From contig OZ024744.1 in NCBI GenBank assembly GCA_964016885.1, positions 104,656,001 through 104,720,000 on the forward strand: a DNA stretch of 64,000 bases. The letters are read 5' to 3'. Positions 15,001 through 30,000 of this stretch are shown piece after piece. This DNA is from Eledone cirrhosa. Taxonomy: Eukaryota. The notes under the pieces are model-generated. The model made no database searches. It saw only the letters and a program-made list of their open reading frames with translations, and was not told where the DNA came from. The position numbers and the translations under genes were made by a program. The stretch's first letter is position 1, and the number at the start of each line of letters is the position of its first letter.

Positions 15001-18000
15001 TTCTGCCACTATAGTATCTAGCCCTTGTTCTGCCAGTATAGTACAAACCCCTTGTTCTCTCAGTATAGCATCTAGCACTTGTTCTGCCACTATAGTATTT
15101 AGCCCTCGTTCTGCCACTATAGTAACTAGCCTTTGTTCTGTCAGTATAGTATCTAGCCCTTGTTCTGCCACTATAGTATCTAGCGCATGCTCTGCCAGTA
15201 TAGAGTCTACCCCTTTTTCTGCAATATAGTATCTAGCCCTTGTACAGGCTCTACATTATCTAGCCCTTGTTCTGGCACTATTTTATCTAGCCCTTGTCCT
15301 GCCACTATAGTATCTAGCCCTTGTTTTCCCACTATAGTATCTAGCCCTTGATCTGTCAGTGTAGTTTCTAGAGCTTGTTCTGCCAGTATAGTATCTAGCC
15401 CTTGTTCTGGCATGATATTGTCTAGCACTTGTTCTGCCACTATAGTATCTAGCCCTTGTTCTTCCAGTATAGTACATACCCATTGTTCTGTCAGTATAGT
15501 ATCTAGCACTTTTTCTGTCACTATAGAATCTAGTCCTTGTTCTGTCACTATAGTATCTAGCTCTTGTTCTGCCACTATAGTATCTAGCCCTTGATCTGTC
15601 AGTCTAGTTTCTAGACCTTGTTATGCCACTATATCTAGCCCTTGTTTTGCCACTATAGTATCTAGACCTTGTTTTCCCACAATAGTGTCTAACCCTTGTT
15701 CTGCCAGTATAGTATTTAGCCTTGTTCTGCCACTATATTGTCTAGACCTTGTTCTGCCACTATAGTATCTACCCCTTGCTCTCCCACAATAGTGTCTAAC
15801 CCTTGTTCTGCCAATATAGTATCTAGCCTATGTTCTACCACTATAGTATTTGCCCTTGTCCTCCCACTATAGTATCTAGCCCTTGTTCTGCCAGTATAGT
15901 AGCTAGCCCTTGTTCTATCTCTTTCGTATCTAGCCTTTGTTCTGCCACTATAGTATCTACCCCTTGTTTGGCCACAATAGTATCTAGCCCTTGTCCCGCC
16001 ACTATAGTATCTAGCCCATGTTCTGCCAGTATAGTATCTACCCCTAGTTCTGCTACTATAGTATCTACCCCTTGTTCTGCCACTATAGTATCTACCACTT
16101 GTTCTGCCAGTATAGTAGCTAGCCCTTGTTCTGCCACTATAGTATCTCAACCCTTGTTCTGCAAATATAGTATCTACCCCTTTTTCTGCCACTAAAGTAT
16201 CTAGCCCTTGTTCTGCCAGTATAGTACATACCCCTTGTTCTCTCAGTATAGTATCTAGCACTTGTTCTATCACTATAGTATCTAACACTTGTTCTATCAC
16301 TATAGTATCTAGCCCTCGTTCTGCCACTATAGTATCTAGCATTTGTTCTGTCAGTAAAGTATCTAGCCCTAGTTCTACCACTATAGTATCTAGCCATTGT
16401 TCTGCCACTAAAGTATCTAGCCCTTGTTCTGCCACAATATTATCTAGCCCTTGTTCTCCCACTATAGTATATAGCGCATGCTCTGCCCGTATATAGTCTA
16501 CCCCTTATTCTGCAATATAGTATCAAACACTTGTTCTGCCACTATAGTATCTAGCTCTTGTTTTGCCACTATAGTATCTATCCCTTGTTCTGCCATTGTA
16601 ATATCTAGCCCTTGTTCTGCCACCATTGCATCTAGTCCTTGTTCTATCAGTATGGAATCTAGCCCTTGTTCTGCCAGTATAGTATCTACCCCTTGTTCTA
16701 CCACTATCATGTCTAGCCCTAGTTCTGCCATTATAATATCTAGCCCTATTCTCCCACTATTGTATCTAGTCCTTGTTCTGTCAGTATAGTATCTAGCCCT
16801 TCATCTGCCACTATAGTATCTAGCCCTTGTTCTGACCCTATAGTATCTAGCCCTTGTTCTACCACTATAGTATCTAGCCCTTGTTCTTCCACTATAGTAT
16901 CTAGTGCTTGCTCTGCCAGTATAGTGTCTAGCCCTCGTTTTGCCACTATAGTATCTACCCCTTTTCTGCCAGTATAGTATCTTGCCCTTGTTTTGCCACT
17001 ATAGTATCTAGCCCTTGTTCTGCCACTGTAGTGTCTAGCCCGTGTTCTTTTAGTATAGTATGTAGCCCTTGTTTTGCCACTATAGTATCTACCCCTTGTT
17101 CTACCACTATAGGATCTAGCCCTTCTTCTACCACTAGAGTATCTAACCCTTCTACTGCCACTATAGTATCTAGCCCTTATTCTGCCACTATAGTATCTAG
17201 CCCTTCCTCTGCTGCTATAGTATCTAGCCCTTGTTCTGCCACTATAGTATCTAGCCCTTGTTCTGCCACTATAGGATCTAGCCTTTCTTATGCCACTATA
17301 GTTTTTTAGCCCTTGTTCTGCCACTATAGTATCTAAGCCTTGTTCTGCCACTATACTATCTAAGCCGTGTTCTGCCACTATACTATCTAGCCCTTGTTCT
17401 ACCACTATACTATCTAGCCCTTGTTCTACCACTATCATGTCTAGCCCTAGTTCTGCCACTATAATATCTAGCGCTTGTTCTACCACTATAGTATCTAGCC
17501 CATGTTCTGCTACTATAGTATCTAGTGCTTGCTCTGCAAGTATAGTGTCTAGCCCTTGTTCTGTCACTATAGTATCTAGCCCTTGTTCGGGCAGTATAGT
17601 ATCTAGCCCTTGTTCGGGCAGTATAGTATCTAGCCCTTGATCTGCCACTATAGTATCTAGCCCTTATTCTGCCACTATAGTATCTAGCCCTTATTCTGAC
17701 AATATAGTATCTATCCCTTGTTCTGCCACTATAGTATCTAGCGCATGCTCTGCCAGTATAGTGTCTACGCCTTTTTCTGCAATATAGTATCTAACACTTT
17801 TCTGCCACTATAGTATCTAGCCCTTGTTTTGCCACTATAGTATCTAGCCCTTGTACTGCTACTATAGTATCTAGCCCTTGTTCTCCCACTATAGTGTCTA
17901 GCCCTAGTTCTGCCGCTATAGTATCTAGCCCTTTTTCTCCCACTATAGTATCTAGCCCTTTTTGTGCCAGTATAGTATCTAGCCCTTGTTCTGGCATATA

Positions 18001-21000
18001 GTATCTAGCCCGTGTTCTGCCATTATAGTATTTGACCCTTGTTCTGTAACTATGTCTAGCCCATGTTCTGCCACTATAATATCTAGCTCTTGTTCTGCCA
18101 GTATAGTAACTAGTCCTTGTTCTGCCATTATCGCAACTAGCCCTCTTTCTGCCTGTATAGTATCTAGCCCTTGTTCTGCCACTATAGTATCTAGTCCTAG
18201 TTCTGCCACTATAGTATCTAGCCATTTGTTCTGCCAGTATAGTATCTACCCCTTGTTCTATCACTATCGTATCTAGCCCTTGTTCTGCCACTATAATATC
18301 TAGCGCTTGTCCTGCCACTATAGTATCTAGCCCTTGTTCTGCCACTATCGTATCTAGGACTTGTTCTGCCAGTATAGTATCTATCCCTTGTTCTGCCACT
18401 GTAATATTTAGCCCTTGTTCTGCCACTATGGTATCTAGTCCTTGTTCTGTCCGTATGGAATCTAGCCCTTGTTCTGCCACTATAGTATCTAGCCCTTGTT
18501 CTGCTAGTATAGTATCTACCCCTTGTTCTACCACTATCATATCTAGCCCTTGTTCTGCCACTATCATATCTAGCCCTAGTTCTACGACTATAGTATCTAG
18601 CCCTTGTCCTGCCACTATAGTATCTAGTGCTTGCTCTGCCAGTATAGTGTCTAGCCCTTGTTCTGTCACTATAGTATCTAGCCCTTGTTTGGGCAGTATA
18701 GTATCTAGCCCTTGTTCAGGCAGTATAGTATCTAGCCCTTGATCTGCCACTATAGTATCTAGCCCTTATTCTGCCACTATAGTATCTAGCCCTTATTCTG
18801 CCACTATAATATCTATCCCTTGTTCTGCCACTGTAATATCTAGCCCGTGTTCTGCCACTATTGTATCTAGTCCTTGTTCTGTCAGTATGGAATCTAGCCC
18901 TTGTTCTGCCACTATAGTATCTAGCCCTTGTTCTGCTAGTATAGTATCTACCCCTTGTTCTACCACTATCATATCTAGCCCTTGTTCTGCCACTATCATA
19001 TCTAGCCCTAGTTATGCCACTAAAGTATCTAGCCTCTTTTCTGCCAGTATAGTATCTAGCCCTTGTTCTGGCACTACAGTATCTAGCCCGTGTTCTGACA
19101 CTATAGTATCTGACCCTTGTTCTGTAACTATGTCTAGCCCATGTTCTGCCACTTTAGTATCTAGCCCTTGTTCTGCCAGTATAGTAACTAGTCCTTATTC
19201 TGCCACTATCGCAACTAGCCCTTTTTCTGCCTGTATAGTATCTAGCCCTTGTTCTGCCACTATAGTATCTAGCCCTTGTTCTCCCACTATAGTGTCTAGC
19301 ACTTGTTCTGCTACGAAAGTATCTAGCCCTAGTTTTGCCACTATAGTATCTAGCCCCTGTTCTCCCACTATAGTATCTAGCCCTTCTTCTGCCACTATAG
19401 TATCTAGCGCATGCTCTGCCAGTATAGTGTCTACGCCTTTTTCTGCAATATAGTATCTAACACTTTTCTGCCACTATAGTATCTAGCCCTTGTTTTGCCA
19501 CTATAGTATCTAGCCCTTGTACTGCCACTATAGTATCTAGCCCTTGTTCTCCCACTATAGTGTCTAGCCCTAGTTCTGCCGCTATAGTATCTAGCCCTTT
19601 TTCTGCCACTATAGTATCTAGCCCTTTTCCTGCCAGAATAGTATCTAGCCCTTGTTCTGGCATATAGTATCTAGCCCGTGTTCTGCCACTATAGTATTTG
19701 ACCCTTGTTCTGTAACTATGTCTAGCCCATGTTCTGCCACTATAGTATCTAGCTCTTGTTCTGCCAGTATAGTAACTAGTCCTTGTTCTGCCACTATCGC
19801 AACTAGCCCTTTTTCTGCCTGTATAGTATCTAGCCCTTGTTCTGCCACTATAGTATCTAGTCCTAGTTCTACCACTATCATGTCTAGCCCTAGTTCTGCC
19901 ACTATAATATCTAGCCCTTGTTCTCCCACTATAATATCTAGCCCTTCTTCTGCCACAATAGTATCTAGCGCATGCTCTGCCAGTATAGTGTCTACGCCTT
20001 TTTCTGCAACATAGTTTCTAACACTTGTTCTGCCACTATAGTATCTAGCCCTCGTTTTGCCACTATAGTATCTAGCCCTTGTACTGCCACTATAGTATCT
20101 AGCCCTTGTTCTCCCACTATAGTGTCTAGCCCTAGGTCTGCCACTAAAGTATCTAGCCCTTTTTCTGCCACTATAGTATCTAGCCTTTTTTCTGCCAGTA
20201 TAGTATCTAGCCCTTGTTCTGGCACTATAGTATCTAGCCCGTGTTCTGACACTATAGTATCTGACCCTTGTTCTGTAACTATGTCTAGCTCATGTTCTGT
20301 CACTTTAGTATCCAGCCCTTGTTCTGCCAGTATAGTAACTAGTCCTTGTTCTGCCACTGTCGCAACTAGCCCTTTTTCTGCCTGTATAGTATCTAGCCCT
20401 TGTTCTGCCACTATCGTATCTAGCCCTTGTTCTGCCAGTATAGTATCTACCCCTTGTTCTACCACTATCGTATCTAGCCCTTGTTCTGCCACTATAATAT
20501 CTAGCGCTTGTCCTGCCACTATAATATCTAGCCCTTGTTCTGCCACTATCGTATCTATCCCTTGTTCTGCCACTATAGTATCTATCCCTTGTTCTACCAC
20601 TGTAATATCTAGCCCTTGTTCTGCCACTATTGTATCTAGTCCTTGTTCAGCCACTGTAGTATCTAGCCCTTGTTCTGCCAGTATATTATCTACCCCTTGT
20701 TCTACCACTGTCATATGTAGCCCTTGTTCTGCCACTATAATATCTAGCCCTAGTTCTACCACTATAGTATCTAGCCCTTGTCCTGCCACTATAGTATCTA
20801 GTGCTTGCTCTGCCAATATAGTATCTAGACCTTGTTCTGCCACTATAGTATCTAGCCCTTGTTTTTCCACTATAGTATCTAGCCCTTGTACTGCCAGTAT
20901 AGTATCTAGCCCTTGTTCTCCCACTATAGTATCTAGACCTTGTTCTGACAGTGTAGTTTCTAGACCTTGTTCTGGCACTATAGTATCTACCCCTTGTTCT

Positions 21001-24000
21001 GCCACTATAGTATCTAGCCCATGTTCTGCCAGTATAGTAACTAGCCCTTGTTCTGCCACTATCACAACTAGCCCTTTTTCTGCCAGTATAGTATCTAGCC
21101 CTTGTTCTCCCACTATAGTATCTAGCCCTTGTTCTGCCACTATAGTATCTAGCGCATGCTCTAGCAGTATAGTGTCCACGCCTTTTTCTGCAATATAGTA
21201 TCTAACACTTGTTCTGCCACTATAGTATCTAGTGCTTGCTCTGCCAGTATAGTGTCTAGTCCTTGTCCCCTCAGTGTAGTATCTGGCCCATGTTCTGTTA
21301 CTATAATATCTAGACCTTGTTCTGCCACTATAGTGTCTAGCCCTTGTACTGCCCCTATAGTATCTAGCCCTTGTTCTCCCACTATAGTGTCTAGCCCTTG
21401 TTCTGCTACTAAAGTATCTAGCCCTAGTTCTGGCACTATAGTATCTAGCCCTTATTCTGCCAATATATTATCTAGAACTTATTCTTCCACTATAGTATCT
21501 AGCCCTTCTTCTGCTGCTGCTATAGTATCTAGCCTTTGCTCTGCCACTATAGTATTTAGCCCTTGTTCTGCCACTATAGTATCTAACCCTTGTTCTAACC
21601 CTATAGTATCTAGCCCTTGTTCTGCCACTATAGTATCTAGCCCTTGTTCTGCCAGTATAGTAGCTAGTGCTTGCTCTGCCAGTATAGTGTCTAGCCCTTG
21701 ATTTGCCACTATAGTATCTCGCCCTTGTTCTGCCACTATAGTATCTAGTCCTTGTTCTGCCACTATAATATCTAGCCCTTGTTTTGCCACTATAGCATCT
21801 AGCCCTTGTTCTGCCACTATAGTATCTAGCCCTTGTTCCGCCACTATAGTATCAAGCCCTTTTTCTGCCACTATAGTATCTTGCCCTTCTTCTGCCACTA
21901 TAGTATCTAGCCCTTGTTGTGCCACTATATTATCTAGCCCTTGTTATGCCACTATAGTATCTAACTCTTGTTCTACCACTATAGCACCTAGCCTATTTTC
22001 TGCTACTATAGTATCTACCCCTTGTTCTGCCACTATAGTATCTAGCCTTTGTTCTGCCACTATAGTATCTAGCCCTTGTTCTGTCACAATAGTATCTAGT
22101 CCTTGTTCGGGCAGTATAGTATCTAGCACCTGTTCTGCCACTATAGTATCTTGCCTTTCTTCTGCCACTATAGTATCTAGCTCTTGTTCTGTCACTGTAG
22201 GATCTAGCCTTTCTTCTGCCACTATAGTATCTAGCCTTTATTCTGCCACTATAGTGTCTACCCCTTGTTCTGCCACTATAGTATCTAGCCCTTGTTCTGC
22301 CACTATAGTATCTAGCCCTTGTTCTGCCACTATATTATATAGCCCTTATTCTGCCACTATAGTATCTAGCCCTTGTTCTGACACTATTGTATCTAGCTCT
22401 TCTTCCGTCACTATAGTATCTAGCCCTTGTTCAGGCAGTATAGTATCAAGCCCTTATTCTGCCACTATAGTATCTACCCCTTGTTCTGCCACTATATTAT
22501 ATAGCCCTTATTCGGCCACTATAGTATCTAGCCCTTGTTCTGCCAGTATAGTATCTAGCCCTTGTTCTGCCACTATAGTATCTAGCCCTTGTTCTGCCAC
22601 TGTAGTGTCTAGCCCGTGTTCTTTCAGTATAGTATCTAGCCCTTGTTCTGCCACTATAGTATCTAACCCTTGTTATGTCACAATAGTATCTAGCCCTTGT
22701 TCGGGCAGTATAGTATCTAGCACCAGTTCTGCCACTATAGTATCTTGCCCTTGTTCTGCCACTATAGTAGCTAGCCCTTGTTCTGCCACTGTAGGATCTA
22801 GCCTTTCTTCTGCCAATATAGTATCTAGCCTTTATTCTGCCACTGTAGTGTCTACCCCTTGTTCTGTGACTATAGTATCTAGCCCTTGTTCGGGCAGTAT
22901 AGTATCTAGCCCTTGTTCTGCCACTATAGTATCTAGCCCTTGTTCTGCCACTATATTATATAGCCCTTATTCTGCCACTATAGTATCTAGCCCTTGTTCT
23001 GACACTATAGTATCTAGCCCTTGTTCCGTCACTATAGTATCTAGCCCTTGTTCAGGCAGTATAGTATCTAGCCCTTGTTCTGCCACTATAGTATCTACCC
23101 CTTGTTCTGCCACTATATTATATAGCCCTTATTCTGCCACTATAGTATCTAGCCCTTGTTCTGCCAGTATAGTATCTAACCCTTGTTCTGCCACTATAGT
23201 ATCTAGCCCTTGTTCTGCCACTGTAGTGTCTAGCCCGTGTTCTTTCAGTATAGTATCTAGCCCTTGTTCTGCCACTATAGTATCTAACCCTTGTTCTGTC
23301 ACTATAGTATCTAGCCCTTGTTCTGCCACTGTAGTGTCTAGCCCGTGTTCTTTTAGTATAGTATCTAGCCCTTGTTTTGCCACTATAGTATCTACCCCTT
23401 GTTCTACCACTATAGCATCTAGCCCTTCTTCTGCCACTAGAGTATCTAACCCTTCTACTGCCACTATAGTATCTAGCCCTTATTCTGCCACTATAGTATC
23501 TAGCCCTTCTTCTGCTGCTATAGTATCTAGCCCTTGTTCTCCCACTATAGTATTTAGCCCTTGTTCTGCCACTATAGTATCTAGACCTTGATCTGGCACT
23601 ATAGTACCTAGCCCTTATTCTGCCACTATAGTATCTAGCTCTTGTTCTGTCACTATAGTATCTAGCCCTTGTTCTGCCACTGTAGTATCTAGCCCTTATT
23701 CTGCCACTATAGTATCTAGCCCTTCTTCTGCCACTATATTATATAGCCCTTATTCTGCCACTATAGTATCTAGCCCTTGTTCTGCCAGTATAGTATCTAG
23801 CCCTTGTTCTGCCACTATATTATCTAGCCCTTGTTCTGCCACTGTAGTATCTAGCCCTTATTCTGCCACTATAGTATCTAGCCCTTCTTCTGCCACTATA
23901 GTATCTAGCCCTTGTTCTGCCACTATACTATCTAGCCTTTGTTCTGCCAGTATAGTATCTACCCCTTATTCTACCACTATCGTATCGAGCCCTTGTTCTG

Positions 24001-27000
24001 CCAATGTAGTATCTAGCCCTTGTTTTGCCACTATAGCATCTAACCCTTGTTCTGCCACTATAGTATCTAGCGCTTGTTCTGCCACTATAGTATCTAGCCC
24101 TTGTTCTTCCACTATAGTATTTAGCCCTTTTTCTGCCACTATAGTATCTAGCCCTTGATCTGGCACTATAGTATCTAGCCCTTGTTTTGCCACTATAGCA
24201 TCTAGCCCTTGTTCTGCCACTATAGTATCTAGCCCTTGTTTTGCCACTATAGTATCTAGCCCTTTTTCTGCCACTATAGTATCTTGCCCTTCTTCTGCCA
24301 CTATAGTATCTAGCCCTGGTTCTGCCACTATAGTATCTAGCCCTTCTTCTGCTGCTATAGTATCTAACTCTTGTTCTACCACTATAGTACTTAGCCCTTG
24401 TTCTGCCACTATAGTATCTAGCCCTTGTTCTGCCACTATAGTATTTAGTCCTTGTTCTGCCACTATAGTATCTAACTCTTGTTCTACCACTATAGTACCT
24501 AGCCCTAACTCTGCCCCTATAGCACCTGGCCCATTTTCTGCTACTATAGTAGCTACCCCTTGTTCTACACTATATTATATAGCCCTTATTCTGCCACTAT
24601 AGTATGTAGCCCTTGTTCTGCCACTATAGTATCTAGCCCTTATTCTGCCACTGTAGTGTCTACCCCTTGTTCTGCCACTATATTATATAGCCCTTATTCT
24701 GCCACTATAGTATCTAGCCCTTGTTCTGCCACTATAGTATCTAGCCCTTGTTCTGCCACTGTAGTGTCTAGCCCGTGTTCTTTCAGTATAGTATCTAGCC
24801 CTTGTTCTGCCACTATAGTATCTAGCCCTTGTTCTGCCACTATAGTATCTATCCCTTGTTCTGCCACTGCAATATCTAGCCCCTGTTCTGCCACTATTGT
24901 ATCTAGTCCTTGTTCTGTCAGTATGGCATCTAGCCCTTGTTCAGCCACTATAGTTTCTAGCCCTTGTTCTGCCAGTATAGTATCTACCCCTTGTTCTACC
25001 ACTATCATATCTAGCCCTTGTTCTGCCACTATAATATCTAGCCCTAGTTCTACCACTATAGTATCTAGCCCTTGTACTGCCACTATAGTATCTAGCCCTT
25101 GTTCTACCACTATAGTACCTAGCTCTAACTCTGCCCCTATAGCACCTAGCCCATGTTCTGCCACTATAGTATCTACCCCTTGTTCTGCCACTATATTATA
25201 TAGCCCTTATTCTGCCACTATAGTATCTAGCCCTTGTTCTGCCACTATAGTATCTAGCCCTTGTTCTGTCACAATAGCATCTAGTCCTTGTTCGGGCAGT
25301 ATAGTATCTAGCCCTTGTTCTGTTACTATAGTATCTAGCTCTTGTTCTGCTACTGTAGGATCTAGCCTTTCTTCTGCCACTATAGTATCTAGCCCTTGTT
25401 CTGTCACTATAGTATCTAGACCTTGTTTGGGCAGTATAGTATCTAGCCCTTGTTCTGCCACTGTAGTGTCTAGCCCGTGTTCTTTCATTATAGTATCTAG
25501 CCCTTGTTCTGCCACTATAGTATCTAACCCTTGTTCTGTCACTATAGTATCTAGCCCTTGTTCTGCTACTATAGTATCTAGCCCTTGTTCTGCCACTGTA
25601 GTGTCTAGCCCGTGTTCTTTTAGTATAGTATCTAGCCCTTGTTTTGCCACTATAGTACCTACCCCTTGTTCTGCCACTATAGGATCTAGCCCTTCTTCTG
25701 CCACTAGAGTATCTAACCCTTCTACTGCCACTATAGTATCTAGCCCTTGTTCTGCCACTATAGTATCTAGCGCTTGATCTGCCACTATAGTATCTAGCCC
25801 TTATTCTGCCACTATAGTATCTAGCCCTTGTTCTGTCACTATAGTATCTAGCCCTTATTTGGGCAGTATAGTATCTAGCCCTTCTTCTGCCACTATAGTA
25901 TCTAGCCATTGTTCTGCAACTGTAGTTCCTAGCCCGTGTTCTGTCAGTATAGTATCTAGCCCTTGTTCTGCCACTATAGTATCTAGCCCTTATTCTGCCA
26001 CTATACTATCTAGCCCTTGTTCTGCCACTATAGTATCTAGCCCTTGTTCTGCCACTATAGTATCAAGCCCTTGTTCTGTCACAATAGTATCTAGTCTTTG
26101 TTCGGGCAGTATAGTATCTAGCCCTTGTTCTGTTACTCTAGTATCTAGCCCTTGTTCTGTTACTATAGTATCTAGCCTTTGATCTGCCATTATAGTATCT
26201 AGCCCTTGTTCTGCCACTGTAGGATCTAGCCTTTCTTCTGCCACTATAGTATCCAGCCCTTGTTCTGTCACTATAGTATCTAGCCCTTGTTCGGGCAGTA
26301 TAGTATCTAGCCCTTGTTCTGCCACTGTAGTGTCTAGCCCGTGTTCTTTCAGTATAGTATCTAGCCCTTGTTCTGCCACTATAGTATCTAACCCTTGTTC
26401 TGTCACTATAGTATCTAGCCCTTGTTCTGCCACTGTAGTATCTAGCCCTTATTCTGCCACTATAGTATCTAGCCCTTCTTCTGCTGCTATAGTATCTAGC
26501 CCTTGTTCTGCCACTATAGTATTTAGCCCTTGTTCTGCCACTATACTATCTAGCGCTTGATCTGCCACTATAGTATCTAGCCCTTATTCTGCCACTATAG
26601 TATCTAGCCCTTGTTCTGTCACTATAGTATCTAGCCCTTATTCTGCCACTATAGTATCTAGCCCTTATTCTGCCACTATAGTATCTAGCCCTTCCTCTGC
26701 CACTATAGTATCTAGCCATTCTTCTGCAACTGTAGTGCCTAGCACGTGTTCTGTCAGTATAGTATCTAGCCCTTGTTCTGCCACTATAGTATCTAGCCCT
26801 TGTTCTACCACTATCGTATCTAGCCCTTGTTCTGCCACTATAATATCTACCCCTTGTTCTGCCAATGTAGTATCTAGCCCTTGTTTTGCCACTATAGTAT
26901 CTAGCCCTTATTCTCCCGCTATAGTATCTATCCCTTAATATCTAGCCCTTGTTCTGCCACTATTGTATCTAGTCCTTGTTCTGTCAGTATGGAATCTAGC

Positions 27001-30000
27001 CCTTGTTCTGCCACTATAGTTTCTAGCCCTTGTTCTGCCAGTATAGTATCTACCCCTTGTTCTACCACTATCATATCTAGCCCTTGTTCTGCCACTATAA
27101 TATCTAGCCCTAGTTCTACCACTATAGTATCTAGCCCTTGTACTGCCACTATAGTATCTAGCCCTTGTTCTACCACTATAGTACCTAGCTCTAACTCTGC
27201 CACTATAGCACCTAGCCCATGTTCTGCCACTATAGTATCTACCCCTTGTTCTGCCACTATATTATATAGCCCTTATTCTGCCACTATAGTATCTAGCCCT
27301 TGTTCTGCCACTATAGTATCTAGCCCTTGTTCTGTCACAATAGCATCTAGTCCTTGTTCGGGCAGTATAGTATCTAGCCCTTGTTCTGTTACTATAGTAT
27401 CTAGCCCTTGTTCTGCCATTATAGTATCTAGCCCTTGTTCTGCTACTGTAGGATCTAGCCTTTCTTCTGCCACTATAGTATCTAGGCCTTGTTCTGTCAC
27501 TATAGTATCTAGCCCTTGTTTGGGCAGTATAGTATCTAGCCCTTGTTCTGCCACTGTAGTGTCTAGCCCGTGTTCTTTCATTATAGTATCTAGCCCTTGT
27601 TCTGCCACTATAGTATCTAACCCTTGTTCTGTCACTATAGTATCTAGCCCTTGTTCTGCTACTATAGTATCTAGCCCTTGTTCTGCCACTGTAGTGTCTA
27701 GCCCGTGTTCTTTTAGTATAGTATCTAGCCCTTGTTTTGCCACTATAGTATCTACGCCTTGTTCTGCCACTATAGGATCTAGCCCTTCTTCTGCCACTAG
27801 AGTATCTAGCCCTTCTTCTGCCACTAGAATATCTAACCCTTCTACTGCCACTATAGTATCTAGCCCTTGTTCTGCCACTATAGTATCTAGCGCTTGATCT
27901 GCCACTATAGTATCTAGCCCTTATTCTGCCACTATAGTATCTAGCCCTTGTTCTGTCACTATAGTATCTAGCCCTTATTTGGGCAGTATAGTATCTAGCC
28001 CTTCTTCTGCCACTATAGTATCTAGCCATTGTTCTGCAACTGTAGTTCCTAGCCCGTGTTCTGTCAGTATAATATCTAGCCCTTGTTCTGCCACTATAGT
28101 ATCTAGCCCTTGTTCTGCCTATATAGTATCTAGCCCTTGTTCTGCCACTATAGTATCAAGCCCTTGTTCTGTCACAATAGTATCTAGTCTTTGTTCGGGC
28201 AGTATAGTATCTAGCCCTTGTTCTGTTACTCTAGTATCTAGCCCTTGTTCTGTTACTATAGTATCTAGCCTTTGTTCTGCCATTATAGTATCTAGCCCTT
28301 GTTCTGCCACTGTAGGATCTAGCCTTTCTTCTGCCACTATAGTATCTAGCCCTTGTTCTGTCACTATAGTATCTAGCCCTTGTTCGGGCAGTATAGTATC
28401 TAGCCCTTGTTCTGCCACTGTAGTGTCTAGCCCGTGTTCTTTCAGTATAGTATCTAGCCCTTGTTCTGCCACTATAGTATCTAACCCTTGTTCTGTCACT
28501 ATAGTATCTAGCCCTTGTTCTGCCACTGTAGTATCTAGCCCTTATTCTGCCACTATAGTATCTAGCCCTTCTTCTGCTGCTATAGTATCTAGCCCTTGTT
28601 CTGCCACTATAGTATTTAGCCCTTGTTCTGCCACTATACTATCTAGCGCTTGATCTGCCACTATAGTATCTAGCCCTTATTCTGCCACTATAGTATCTAG
28701 CCCTTGTTCTGTCACTATAGTATCTAGCCCTTATTCTGCCACTATAGTATCTAGCCCTTCCTCTGCCACTATAGTATCTAGCCATTGTTCTGCAACTGTA
28801 GTGCCTAGCACGTGTTCTGTCAGTATAGTATCTAGCCCTTGTTCTGCCACTATAGTATCTAGCCCTTGTTCTACCACTATCGTATCTAGCCCTTGTTCTG
28901 CCACTATAATATCTAGCGCTTGTCCAGCTACTATAGTATCTAGCCCTTGTTCTACAACTATCGTATCTAGCCCTTGTTCTGCCACTATAATATCTATCCC
29001 TTGTTCTGCCAATGTAGTATCTAGCCCTTGTTTTGCCACTATAGTATCTAGCCCATATTCTCCCGCTATAGTATCTATCCCTTAATATCTAGCCCTTGTT
29101 CTGCCACTATTGTATCTAGTCCTTGTTCTGTCAGTATGGAATCTAGCCCTTGTTCTGCCACTATAGTTTCTAGCCCTTGTTCTGCCAGTATAGTATCTAC
29201 CCCTTGTTCTACCACTATAGTATCTAGCCCTTGTTCTGTCACAATAGTATCTAGTCCTTGTTCGGGCAGTATAGTATCTAGCCCTTGTTCTGTTACTATA
29301 GTATCTAGCCCTTGTTCTGCCATTATAGTATCTAGCCCTTGTTCTGCTACTGTAGGATCTAGCCTTTCTTCTGCCAATATAGTATCTAGCCCTTGTTCTG
29401 TCACTATAGTATCTAGCCCTTGTTTGGGCAGTATAGTATCTAGCCCTTGTTCTGCCACTGTAGTGTCTAGCCCGTGTTCTTTCATTATAGTATCTAGCCC
29501 TTGTTCTGCCACTATAGTATCTAACCCTTGTTCTGTCACTATAGTATCTAGCCCTTGTTCTGCCACTATAGTATCTAGCCCTTGTTCTGCCACTGTAGTG
29601 TCTAGCCCGTGTTCTTTTAGTATAGTATCTAGCCCTTGTTTTGCCACTATAGTATCTACCCCTTGTTCTACCACTATAGGATCTAGCCCTCCTTCTGCCA
29701 CTAGAGTATCTAACCCTTCTACTGCCACTATAGTATCTAGCCCTTATTATGCCACTATAGTATCTAGCCCTTCTTCTGCTGCTATAGTATCTAGCCCTTG
29801 TTCTGCCACTATAGTATCTAGCCCTTGTTCGGCCACTATAGGATCTAGCCTTTCTTCTGCCACTACAGTATCTAGCCCTTGTTCTGCAACTATAGTATCT
29901 AGCCCTAGTTTCGCCATTATAATATCTAGCCCTTGTTCTCCCACTATTGTATCTAGCCCTTGTTCTCCCACTATTGTATCTAGTCCTTGTTCTGTCAGTA